DNA from: Bacilli bacterium
GTDB taxonomy: Bacteria > Bacillota_I > Bacilli_A > RF39 > UBA660
Length of the DNA stretch: 64,000 nucleotides
Direction: 5' to 3'
Assembly: GCA_017428495.1 (NCBI GenBank)
Contig: JAFRQS010000032.1
Location: 148 to 64,147 of the forward strand
This document shows, piece after piece, positions 8,921 through 18,322 of the stretch (positions are counted from its first letter, which is position 1; each line of letters opens with the position of its first letter). The notes under the pieces were generated by a model. The model saw nothing but the letters and a program-made list of their open reading frames with translations, searched no databases and had not been told where the DNA came from. The translations under genes were made by a program, and so were the position numbers.

Positions 8921-8945
8921 AAGACTAGTAGAATCTAGTTTTTTT
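8921..8945 (+). repeat. Partial intergenic element copy R6 (dyad/terminator only)
   Basis: aagactag-tagaat-ctagttttttt. Confidence 0.65.
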
Positions 8946-8998
8946 ATTCAAAATATAGATATTTACATTTTTTGATATTAAATATATAATTAGTATGA

Positions 8999-9020
8999 AA
9001 AGTATAACTTGTTATACTTT
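8999..9020. promoter_or_regulatory. Palindromic operator upstream of AbrB-like regulator
   Basis: aaagtataac-tt-gttatacttt, perfect 10-bp arms, between the -10 (tataat) and the RBS aggagg. Confidence 0.65.
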
Positions 9021-9031
9021 AGGAGGCAAAA

Positions 9032-9247
9032 ATGAAAGATAAATTTGTAGGTATTGCTAAAGTTGGTGAAAAAGGGCAAATTGTAATACCAAAAGAGGCA
9101 AGAGATATGTTTGATATTAAATCTGGGGATTCTGTAATTGTACTTTGTGATAAAGAAAAAGGGATTGCATTATTAAAAGCTAATGCAATTGAGGACTTAT
9201 CTGAAAAAGTATTTTCGAATGGAGATAAAAATAATGATAGCAATTGA
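9032..9247 (+). CDS. AbrB/MazE/SpoVT family DNA-binding protein
   Basis: KVGEKGQIVIPKEARDMFDIKSGD swapped-hairpin motif. Confidence 0.9.
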   Translation: MKDKFVGIAKVGEKGQIVIPKEARDMFDIKSGDSVIVLCDKEKGIALLKANAIEDLSEKVFSNGDKNNDSN

Positions 9248-9956
9248 AATTAAAAAATTAACAAAAAACTTTAAAGATAAAATTGCAGTAAATGGAATAG
9301 ATTTAAGTATCAAACAGGGAGAATTATTTGCACTTTTAGGTACAAATGGTGCAGGAAAAACAACAACAATAAAAATGTTATCAGGACTTATTTTGCCTAC
9401 TTTTGGAAGTATTGTAATTGAAAACATGGATATGAAAAAAGATATGTTAAAAATTAAGGAAATATTAAATGTTTCGCCACAAGATACAGCTATTGCTCCA
9501 AATTTAACTGTAAAAGAGAATTTAGAGTTTATGGCTGGAGTTTATCAAATTAATAATAAAGATAAAAAGATAGATGAATTAATTAAACAATTCAAACTTG
9601 ATGAAGTATTAAATAAAAGAGCAAAAACATTATCAGGTGGATGGCAAAGAAAAGTATCAATAGCAATAAGCTTAATTAATGATCCTAAAATATTGTTTTT
9701 AGATGAACCAACATTAGGATTAGATGTTATTGCAAGAAAAGAATTATGGAAAATAATAGAGGGATTAAAAGGTAAAATTACAATTATTTTAACTACTCAC
9801 TATATGGAAGAAGCTGAAAACTTATCTGATAGAATAGGTATAATGGTAAAAGGTAATCTTGTGGAAGTGGGAACATCTAAAGAATTAATTAAAAAGACTA
9901 AAACTAAGAATTTTGAAGACGCCTTTATATCTATTGCAACAGGAGGTAAACTATAA
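9234..9956 (+). CDS. ABC-2 type transporter ATP-binding protein
   Basis: GTNGAGKTT, LSGGWQ, LDEPT, TTH. Confidence 0.92.
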   Translation: MIAIEIKKLTKNFKDKIAVNGIDLSIKQGELFALLGTNGAGKTTTIKMLSGLILPTFGSIVIENMDMKKDMLKIKEILNVSPQDTAIAPNLTVKENLEFMAGVYQINNKDKKIDELIKQFKLDEVLNKRAKTLSGGWQRKVSIAISLINDPKILFLDEPTLGLDVIARKELWKIIEGLKGKITIILTTHYMEEAENLSDRIGIMVKGNLVEVGTSKELIKKTKTKNFEDAFISIATGGKL

Positions 9957-10687
9957 TGAGAATGATTAATTTTGCTAAAAGAAACTTTAAGGAATTAATA
10001 AGAGATCCTTTAAGTTTAATATTTGAGATTGCATTACCAATATTTTTACTATTCATATTTCAGCAAATAAAAATACCAGAAGATTTGTATAAATTAGAAA
10101 ATTTTACTCCGGGAATAATTATATTTGGGTTTTCTTTTATAACATTATTTACATCAACATTAGTAGCAAAAGATAGAGGTTCATCATTGTTGATAAGACT
10201 TGGAACTTCACCAATGAAATCAAGTGATTATATTTTAGGATATATATTATCTTTAATACCAATCATCATTATACAAGATTCATTATTTTTTATAGTTGCT
10301 TGTTTATTAGGTTTAAATGTTAGTATAAATATAATATTTACTATTTTAATATCAATAGTTGTTTCAATATTATTTATAGCATTTGGGATATTAGTTGGTA
10401 GTCTAGTAAGTGAAAAAGCATCTGGTGGTGTTGGAAGTGTTATTGTTCAACTGGCTTGTTTTACTAGTGGAATGTATTTTTCAATGGATTTAATTGGTAA
10501 AGGATTTGCTAAGGTATGTGAACTATTACCATTTGAAAGTGCTTTAATTATAATTAAAGGAGTATTAAATAGTAATTATGATATTATATCAACAAGAAAT
10601 ATAATTGTATTTATATCTTACACAATAATTATATTAATATCATCAGTAATAGTTTTTAAAAATAAAATGATTAGTGATAATAAGTAA
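9956..10687 (+). CDS. ABC-2 type transporter permease
   Basis: Six hydrophobic segments; coupled to the ATPase; RNFKELIRDP start. Confidence 0.85.
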   Translation: MRMINFAKRNFKELIRDPLSLIFEIALPIFLLFIFQQIKIPEDLYKLENFTPGIIIFGFSFITLFTSTLVAKDRGSSLLIRLGTSPMKSSDYILGYILSLIPIIIIQDSLFFIVACLLGLNVSINIIFTILISIVVSILFIAFGILVGSLVSEKASGGVGSVIVQLACFTSGMYFSMDLIGKGFAKVCELLPFESALIIIKGVLNSNYDIISTRNIIVFISYTIIILISSVIVFKNKMISDNK

Positions 10688-10794
10688 TTATAAAGGTAAT
10701 ATAATTATTTAATGTAAAAATTATTATTAAGAAGGAAGTATAATTTTAGAATTGTCGCGAAAAAAACAAATGATATTTTAAAAGGATGTGTATT

Positions 10795-11082
10795 ATGAAG
10801 AGTTATGCTATTATAAAAAATATTATTGATGATAAAGAACTTAATTCTTTAGATGCTTTAGAAGAAAAATATAATAAAATTGTAAAACCTGGAATCATTT
10901 CAAAAACAACTAAAAAAGCAATTCCTAAAATAGCGATAGGTGCAGGAGCATTATTAAGTTCATTAATTGATGGTAAACAAATGAAAACAATACTAGAATA
11001 TGCAGATATTTTTTATCAAAAAAGATTTATTCTCGAAAAAGAATATAGAATAAAACATACTAAAAAGTATAAGCAAATATAG
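10795..11082 (+). pseudogene. Probable internally deleted EcsC-like protein remnant
   Basis: Short ORF ending AIPKIAIGAGAL...ADIFYQKRFILEK reminiscent of EcsC-family C-termini; much shorter than expected. Confidence 0.35.
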
Positions 11083-11200
11083 ATAATTAAAATTGGAATA
11101 ATTTCATTAATTATTGTATTAGCAATAATTATATATTTGAATGTGTTATCTAAATAGAATTAATTATGGTTAAAGACTCTTTGGAGTCTTTTTTTTATGA

Positions 11201-11363
11201 TATGATTATCCTGGAAAAATATAAGATAATTTACAACCCATGAAGGGTCTTCATTATTTGGAGCGCCAAGACAGTTAAAAGAAATATACATAGGAGCTAA
11301 AGTGCTGATGGGTTTGCAATCATAGGCTCACAAGAAAAAGTAGAAAATTGGATAGAGGAATAG
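11201..11363 (+). pseudogene. Flavodoxin C-terminal remnant
   Basis: Broken frames read YDYPGK..FTTHEGSS..RQLKEI..GAKV..LAIIGS..KVENWIEE; stops and frameshifts; no start. Confidence 0.6.
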
Positions 11364-11408
11364 TTAGCAATGAAGAATTGATATGATATAATAAAAATGA
11401 GGTGTGAT

Positions 11409-12521
11409 ATGAAAAATTATAGAGAAAAGATTGTTATAAGAACTAGTATAATAAGTATACTATCAAATATTATCCTCGCTGGTTTTAAAGCGTTTGTAGG
11501 AGTGCTTGCTAATTCAATTGCTATTATATCTGATGCTGTAAACAATTTAAGTGATGCATTATCAAGTATCATAACAATAGTTGGAACTAAGTTGGCAGGT
11601 AAGAGTGCCGATAAAGAACATCCATATGGACATGGAAGAATTGAATATATGACATCACTTGTTGTATCAGGAATTGTTTTATATGCTGGTATTACAGCAT
11701 TTATAGAATCTGCAAAAAAAATTATTCATCATGAGTTTGCTAATTATTCAACTATTACGTTAATAGTTTTAATTGCAGGTATAATAGTTAAGTTTATTTT
11801 AGGATTATATGTTAAGAAAAAGGGTAAAGAAGTTAATTCAAATTCTTTGGTGGCAAGTGGATCAGATGCCTTTAATGATGCAATTCTTTCAATTTCAGTA
11901 TTGGCATCCGCAATTATTTATATGATATTTAATATTAGCTTAGAAGCATATGTTGGTGTACTTTTATCATTATTTATTATCAAGTCAGGAGTAGAATTAA
12001 TTAAAGAATCAGTTGATAATATGATAGGAGTTAGAGTTGAAAGTAATTTAGCAAGGCAAATAAAAAAAGAAATAGTTAAAGAAAAAGATGTTCAAGGAGC
12101 ATTTGATTTAATACTAAATGATTATGGCCCAGACAAATATTTAGGTTCGGTTCATATAGAAGTGTTAGATACATTATCTGTGGCAGAAGTAGATAAAATA
12201 TCACGTAGAATTACAAAAAGAATTGCAGAAAAATATGGCGTTATACTTCATACTATTGGTGTATATTCAGTTAATACAAAAGATAAAAATATAATAAAAA
12301 TGCAAAAAGACATTTATGATATTGTTTTTTCTCATACTGGTATTTTACAAATGCATGGTTTTTATGTAGATGAAGAAGAAAAATCAATTAGTTTCGATAT
12401 TATAATTGATTTTAAAATTAAGGATAGAGAAGAAGAATATAAAAAAATATATGATGAGATTCATAATAAATACGAAGATTATAAAATTAATATAACACTA
12501 GATGTAGATATAAGTGATTAA
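11409..12521 (+). CDS. Cation diffusion facilitator (CDF) transporter
   Basis: SDAVNNLSD, ADKEHPYGHGRIEY, six TM segments plus cytoplasmic dimerisation domain. Confidence 0.92.
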   Translation: MKNYREKIVIRTSIISILSNIILAGFKAFVGVLANSIAIISDAVNNLSDALSSIITIVGTKLAGKSADKEHPYGHGRIEYMTSLVVSGIVLYAGITAFIESAKKIIHHEFANYSTITLIVLIAGIIVKFILGLYVKKKGKEVNSNSLVASGSDAFNDAILSISVLASAIIYMIFNISLEAYVGVLLSLFIIKSGVELIKESVDNMIGVRVESNLARQIKKEIVKEKDVQGAFDLILNDYGPDKYLGSVHIEVLDTLSVAEVDKISRRITKRIAEKYGVILHTIGVYSVNTKDKNIIKMQKDIYDIVFSHTGILQMHGFYVDEEEKSISFDIIIDFKIKDREEEYKKIYDEIHNKYEDYKINITLDVDISD

Positions 12522-12547
12522 TTAAAAATTGAACTGGAGGATTATAA

Positions 12548-13471
12548 ATGAAAAAGAATGTATTATTAATTGTGCTTGTTATAATATTATTTTTTACTAT
12601 AGTTGGATGTAGTGTACAAAAAGAAAAAAATGACAATGTAAATTCAAATAATAAGTCAGTAGTTTTATATTTTTCAGCTACGGGAACTACAAAAAAGATT
12701 GCTGAAAGGATAGCTAGAGAGTCAAATAGTGATATTATTAAAATAATTCCTGAAGAAGAATATAAAAAAGAAGACTTAAATTATAATAGTGATTGTAGAG
12801 CAAATAGAGAACAAAATGATAGTAAGTCAAGACCTAAAATTAAGAATGCAATTGATATCAATAAATATGATACTATATATTTAGGATATCCTATTTGGTG
12901 GGGAACAAACCCTAAGATAATATTAACTTTATTAGATACATATGATTTTACAAATAAAATTATTATTCCATTTTGTACATCGGGAAGTACTGAAATAAGT
13001 GGAAGTGTAGAAGATTTAAGAAAGTATAATCCTAATTTGAATATTAAAGATGGAAAAAGATTTAGTACAAATGATAGTGATGAGGTAATAAAAGAATTTA
13101 TAAATAGAAATGAAATAGATAAGTCAAATGAGGTGATTAATTCAGTGAAAATAATAATAAATGATAAAGAATATATAATTAAATTGGAAGATAATGAAAC
13201 AGTAAAGAGTTTTATTAATATATTACCTCAAGAGTTAAATATGAGTGAATTAAATGGTAATGAAAAGTATATATATTTAGATAATATATTACCAACAAAT
13301 TCATTTAATCCTAAAAAAATTAATGCTGGGGATGTTATGCTTTATGGAAATAATTGTTTGGTTATATTTTATAAATCATTTGATACATCATATAGCTATA
13401 CTAAAATAGGTCATATAGATAATTTACCCAACTTAGGAAATAGTAATATAACAGTTAAATTTGAAAAATAA
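12548..13471 (+). CDS. Lipoprotein: flavodoxin fused to cyclophilin-like domain
   Basis: Lipobox IVGC; YFSATGTT and LGYPIWWG flavodoxin motifs; C-terminal ELNGNEKY..GDVMLYG cyclophilin-like motif. Confidence 0.85.
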   Translation: MKKNVLLIVLVIILFFTIVGCSVQKEKNDNVNSNNKSVVLYFSATGTTKKIAERIARESNSDIIKIIPEEEYKKEDLNYNSDCRANREQNDSKSRPKIKNAIDINKYDTIYLGYPIWWGTNPKIILTLLDTYDFTNKIIIPFCTSGSTEISGSVEDLRKYNPNLNIKDGKRFSTNDSDEVIKEFINRNEIDKSNEVINSVKIIINDKEYIIKLEDNETVKSFINILPQELNMSELNGNEKYIYLDNILPTNSFNPKKINAGDVMLYGNNCLVIFYKSFDTSYSYTKIGHIDNLPNLGNSNITVKFEK

Positions 13472-13499
13472 CTATTGTATTTGTGATATAATATAGTTA

Positions 13500-13782
13500 G
13501 TGTTAGGGAGAATGTAGAGGAAGAAGAATAGGTACTAAATTATTAGGACACTTTATTAGTAATATGGAAAGAGTAGGATTCAAAGATTATAGATTAGATT
13601 GCCTTTTACATAATTTAAGAGCAAAGAATTTATACCATAGTTTAGGTTTTAAAGAAATGGAAGAAGTAAAAGGCTTTGGGGGCTACGTTAAAGAACCAAT
13701 AGAAGTAGTTGTATTTAAAAGACATAAAGGTGACTACTTGCCAGAAGAATTCCAAAAAGAAGAAAAATATGTTGGTATATAA
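13500..13782 (+). pseudogene. 5'-truncated GNAT acetyltransferase
   Basis: Frame upstream of ATG 13564 reads ECRGRRIGTKLL (acetyl-CoA motif A) and continues NLRAKNLYHSLGF; N-terminal half absent. Confidence 0.6.
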
Positions 13783-13832
13783 AGACTATTATTATAGTCT
13801 TTTTTTATGCTATAATATTTATAGGTGATGTT

Positions 13833-14273
13833 ATGAAAGAAACTAGACATTTAGGTGTATATGGTTTAATAATTAAAGATAATAAAATAGCATTAGTTTT
13901 AAAGTCTAGAGGTGCATATACTGGTAAATTAGATTTACCGGGTGGTAGTTTTGAACATGGAGAAAGACCTGAAGTGACATTAAAAAGAGAAATAAAAGAA
14001 GAATTAGATGCTGATATAAAAGATTACAAATTATTTGATTCAGAATCTGTTGTTATAAATTGGGTACATAATGATGTTGAAGAATCTATGCATCATATAG
14101 GAATATTTTATATAGTAACTTTAAAAGAGAATAATTTAAAATCCGATTCTGATGGTCATGATTCATTAGGTGCAAATTGGTATGACATAAACAAGTTAAA
14201 AGAAAGTGATGTATCTCCATTAGTATGGATTGAATTAAATAAATTAAGAGGTGATTCATATGATAGAAATTAA
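13833..14273 (+). CDS. NUDIX hydrolase
   Basis: Nudix box GGSFEHGERPEVTLKREIKEEL. Confidence 0.92.
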   Translation: MKETRHLGVYGLIIKDNKIALVLKSRGAYTGKLDLPGGSFEHGERPEVTLKREIKEELDADIKDYKLFDSESVVINWVHNDVEESMHHIGIFYIVTLKENNLKSDSDGHDSLGANWYDINKLKESDVSPLVWIELNKLRGDSYDRN

Positions 14274-14964
14274 AAATGTAACTAAAAAATATGGAAATAA
14301 GGTAGCAGTAGATAATGTATCTTTTAATGTGGAAGATGGTGAAATATTTGCATTTATAGGTCATAATGGTGCTGGTAAAACCACATTAATTAAATCAATG
14401 GTAGGCATACATGATTTTGATTCTGGAGATATATTAATAGATGATATGTCTATTAAAGATAATCCTGTTGAATGTAAAAAACTAATGGCTTTTGTACCAG
14501 ACAATCCTGAAACATATGAACATATGAAGGCAATAGATTATATTAACTTTATATGTGATATGTATGATGTAGATACAGAAACTAGAGAAAAAAATATTAA
14601 AAAATATTCGAAATTATTTGATATGGAAGATAAATTAAATGATACTATTGATAGTTATTCACATGGTATGAAACAAAAGATAGTATTAATATCCGCTTTA
14701 TGTCATAATCCTAGAATACTTATTATGGATGAACCATTTGTAGGATTAGATCCAAAGGCAGTATTTGATATTAAAAAGGTATTAAATGAAATGATTAAAG
14801 AGAAGAAAATAGTATTTTATTCAACTCACATATTAGATGTTGCTGAAAAGTTATGTTCTAAAGTAGCTATTATAAAAAATGGTAAGTTAATAAAATGTGG
14901 TAGTATGAAAGACATTAAAGGTGATAAATCATTAGAAAAAGTATTTATGGAGTTGGAAAAATAA
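14260..14964 (+). CDS. ABC transporter ATP-binding protein
   Basis: GHNGAGKTT, YSHGMKQK, MDEPF. Confidence 0.92.
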   Translation: MIEIKNVTKKYGNKVAVDNVSFNVEDGEIFAFIGHNGAGKTTLIKSMVGIHDFDSGDILIDDMSIKDNPVECKKLMAFVPDNPETYEHMKAIDYINFICDMYDVDTETREKNIKKYSKLFDMEDKLNDTIDSYSHGMKQKIVLISALCHNPRILIMDEPFVGLDPKAVFDIKKVLNEMIKEKKIVFYSTHILDVAEKLCSKVAIIKNGKLIKCGSMKDIKGDKSLEKVFMELEK

Positions 14965-16583
14965 TGAAAAAGTTACATTCATTAATAAAAGCATGTATGA
15001 GTAATGATATGTCTTTGTTTAAGATAAAAACAAAGAATAGAAAAGCATCTGTATTATTTCCACTATTTTTAGCATTATATTTAATGTTTATAATAGGTAC
15101 AGCATCTTATGGCTTATTTAAACAATTGTCACCTATGAATCTACAATATGTATTACTATCTTTTTTCGTATTTGGAACTTTTATAATGACGCTTATTGAA
15201 GGTGTTTATAAAACAAGTTCATTATTATTTAATTGTAAAGATGATTTATTATTACTATCACTACCAATAAAAAGAAGAACAGTTTTATTCATAAGAATAT
15301 TTAAATTCTATATATTTGAATTAATGTTTAACTCATTATTTATGTTACCAGCTATGATAGTGTATGTATTCTTTATGAAAACACTTACTGTAACATATAT
15401 TATAACAAGTATTATTATGCTACTAACTCTTCCAATAATACCAATTGTAATATCATGTTTTATTGGTATGATTACATCTAGTATATCAAGTAGATTTAAA
15501 TATAAAAATGCAATAGAAATAATATTTACTATGATATTTTTAGTATTTATAATGATTATTTCATTTCAAATGCAATCTATTACTAAAAATATTATTCAAA
15601 ATGCTACTAGTATAAATGATGTAATAACAAAAATATATTATCCATCAGGAGTATATGCTAAGTTAGTAACTAATTTTAATATTGTTGATTTATTGATATA
15701 TATCTTAGTTAATATTATTTTATCTATATTATCTATTTATGTATTAGGTAAATTTTATTTTAAAATTAATTCTAGATTAAAAAAAGTAGAAACAAGTAAT
15801 AATGTTAATATTAATGATTTAAATATTAAGTCTAAATCTAAAACTAATTCATTAATAAAAAAAGAATTAAATACATTTTTTAAAACTCCAGTATTTATTA
15901 TTAATTCTGGGTTTGGGCTTATAATGTTTATGATAATAACATTTATATTAGTATTTAAATTTGATAGTTTAATACCAATTATTACTAATAAAGAAAATGG
16001 TTTAGGAATACCTAAAGATTTAATTATGAATAACATATCATTATTAATACTTTCTATTACAATGCTTACAGGTTTTATGACTTCTATTACTAATTCAGTA
16101 ATAAGTATGGAAGGTAGAAATATAAATATACTTAAATCATTACCAATAAAAGTAAAAACAATATTAATGTCTAAAATATATGCATGTTTAATAATAACAA
16201 CTCCAATATTATTAATTGGAAATATAATATTATTTATTAAATTCAAAATAAGCATTATTGAATCAATATTATTACTATTATTAGTAGTATTAATACCATT
16301 AGTATCTCATTTTATAGGTATATTAGTCAATTTAAGATATCCTAAATTAGATGCTGATAATGCTACTGAAATAGTAAAACAAAGTACAAGTTCCTTAGTA
16401 TCAGTTATGTTAGGCATAATATTTGTTGTAATAAATATTGCAATTATATATTCATCAATTAATCATATAAGTTCTATTTTATTACTAATTATTGAAGTAA
16501 TAGTATACATAATTATAGATATTATTTTATATTTATGTTTAATTAATAAAGGCGTTAAAAGATTTAATAAGCTATCAGTATAG
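14964..16583 (+). CDS. ABC-2 type permease (about 14 TM)
   Basis: Duplicated LLSLPIK / LKSLPIK motif, highly hydrophobic, coupled to ATPase. Confidence 0.82.
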   Translation: MKKLHSLIKACMSNDMSLFKIKTKNRKASVLFPLFLALYLMFIIGTASYGLFKQLSPMNLQYVLLSFFVFGTFIMTLIEGVYKTSSLLFNCKDDLLLLSLPIKRRTVLFIRIFKFYIFELMFNSLFMLPAMIVYVFFMKTLTVTYIITSIIMLLTLPIIPIVISCFIGMITSSISSRFKYKNAIEIIFTMIFLVFIMIISFQMQSITKNIIQNATSINDVITKIYYPSGVYAKLVTNFNIVDLLIYILVNIILSILSIYVLGKFYFKINSRLKKVETSNNVNINDLNIKSKSKTNSLIKKELNTFFKTPVFIINSGFGLIMFMIITFILVFKFDSLIPIITNKENGLGIPKDLIMNNISLLILSITMLTGFMTSITNSVISMEGRNINILKSLPIKVKTILMSKIYACLIITTPILLIGNIILFIKFKISIIESILLLLLVVLIPLVSHFIGILVNLRYPKLDADNATEIVKQSTSSLVSVMLGIIFVVINIAIIYSSINHISSILLLIIEVIVYIIIDIILYLCLINKGVKRFNKLSV

Positions 16584-16635
16584 ATTAAGTTAATACTTGA
16601 TCTTTTTTTATGATATAATTTTAATAGGTGATAAT

Positions 16636-17505
16636 ATGAGTATTATAGAACTTAAACATTTAAAAAAATATTATGGAAATAATAGAGGAGTAGAAGATGT
16701 ATCTTTAAAATTAAATAAAGGTGATATATATGGCTTTATTGGACCTAATGGTGCTGGTAAATCTACTACTATTAGAACTATTATGGGTTTAATTAATAAG
16801 ACTAGTGGTAATATTTATTTTAATGGTGAAGAATTAGATTATAATGATGAAAATACAAAAAAGAAAATAGGTTATTTACCTAGTGAAATAAATTTATATG
16901 GTGATATGACAGTTAAAGAATTATTTGATTATCATGAATCATTTTATAATGAAGATTTTGATAAGAGAAAAAAAGAATTAGTAAAATTATTAAAAATAGA
17001 TATAAATAAAAAAATAGAGGATTTGTCATTGGGTAATTTAAAGAAAGTGGGTATAGTACTTGCACTAATGCATGAACCACAAGTATTAATACTTGATGAA
17101 CCTACTAGTGGTCTTGATCCAATTATGCAAAATATTTTTCATGAACTATTATTAAAAGAGAAAGAAAAAGGTACAACAATATTATATTCATCACATGTAT
17201 TAAGTGAAGTATCAAATATTTGTGATAGAGTTGGGTTTATTAAAGATGGAAAGATCATTAAAGAAGACTCTATTGAAAATATTAGAAAAGAAAATTATAC
17301 ATATTTAAAAATTATATCTAAAGATATAAATAAGATTAAAAAAGATTTGAAATTAAAAATATATAAGGAATCTAATAATGAGATAGTATTTATTAATAAT
17401 ATGGATTTTAATACATTAATAAATAAATTAAGTAAATACAATATTGAACATTTATTAATAGAAGAAATACCATTAGAAGATTTATTTATGAATTATTATA
17501 AGTAG
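16636..17505 (+). CDS. ABC transporter ATP-binding protein
   Basis: GPNGAGKST, LSLGNLKK, LDEPTSGLD. Confidence 0.92.
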   Translation: MSIIELKHLKKYYGNNRGVEDVSLKLNKGDIYGFIGPNGAGKSTTIRTIMGLINKTSGNIYFNGEELDYNDENTKKKIGYLPSEINLYGDMTVKELFDYHESFYNEDFDKRKKELVKLLKIDINKKIEDLSLGNLKKVGIVLALMHEPQVLILDEPTSGLDPIMQNIFHELLLKEKEKGTTILYSSHVLSEVSNICDRVGFIKDGKIIKEDSIENIRKENYTYLKIISKDINKIKKDLKLKIYKESNNEIVFINNMDFNTLINKLSKYNIEHLLIEEIPLEDLFMNYYK

Positions 17506-17513
17506 GTGAATAT

Positions 17514-18305
17514 ATGTTAAAAAGAGAATTTAAAGTAAACTTAAAAAGTTTTGTAATTTGGTTATCTATTTTAATAGTTATGTTTTTATTTGTTTATTTA
17601 ATATATCCATATATTATTACAGATGAAACTATGAAAAGTATGGATGAACTTATGAAAGTTTTCCCAGAAGAAGTATTAAAAGCTTTTAATATGGATATGA
17701 CTTCAATTGAAACTGCATATGGATGGTTTAAAACAGAAGGATTTATGTTTATATTATTAATTATAGGTTTTTATTCTTCTATATTAGGAGGCAATATATT
17801 ACTTAAAGAAGAAAATGATAAAACTATAGAGTATTTAGGATCATTACCTATAAAAAGATCAAAGATAATAACTAATAAAATATTAGTAAGTATTGTTTAT
17901 ATATTATCAATGGTATTAATATTAGGAATATTTAATTATATTGGATTATCATTAAGTGGTTCTTTTGATCACAAGCAATTTATATTATTAAGTATTACAC
18001 CAATATTTATTGGATTACCATTATTTGCTATTAATTTATTTATATCAACATTTTTACATAAAACTAAAGGAATAGTTGGTATAAGTTTGGGTATGGTATT
18101 TATATTTTATTTATTTAGTGTATTATCTGAATTATCATCTAATGTAGAATTCATTAAATATTTTAGTATTTATACATTAGCAGATACTAGAAATGTTATA
18201 TCAAATATTTCTATTAATTCTATTAATATAATTATTAGTTTATTAATAACCATTGTATTTATAATTAGTACATATATTAGATATAATAAAAAAGAGTTGA
18301 TATAA
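17514..18305 (+). CDS. ABC-2 type transporter permease
   Basis: KEENDKTIEYLGSLPIKR motif, six TM segments. Confidence 0.85.
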   Translation: MLKREFKVNLKSFVIWLSILIVMFLFVYLIYPYIITDETMKSMDELMKVFPEEVLKAFNMDMTSIETAYGWFKTEGFMFILLIIGFYSSILGGNILLKEENDKTIEYLGSLPIKRSKIITNKILVSIVYILSMVLILGIFNYIGLSLSGSFDHKQFILLSITPIFIGLPLFAINLFISTFLHKTKGIVGISLGMVFIFYLFSVLSELSSNVEFIKYFSIYTLADTRNVISNISINSINIIISLLITIVFIISTYIRYNKKELI

Positions 18306-18322
18306 TTAAGGTAGGAGGATAT

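Noticed and set aside
2836-8945. Classical integron attC sites
   Set aside because: No RYYYAAC / GTTRRRY boxes at the element ends and no IntI-type integrase; the only tyrosine recombinase is a housekeeping Xer 55 kb away
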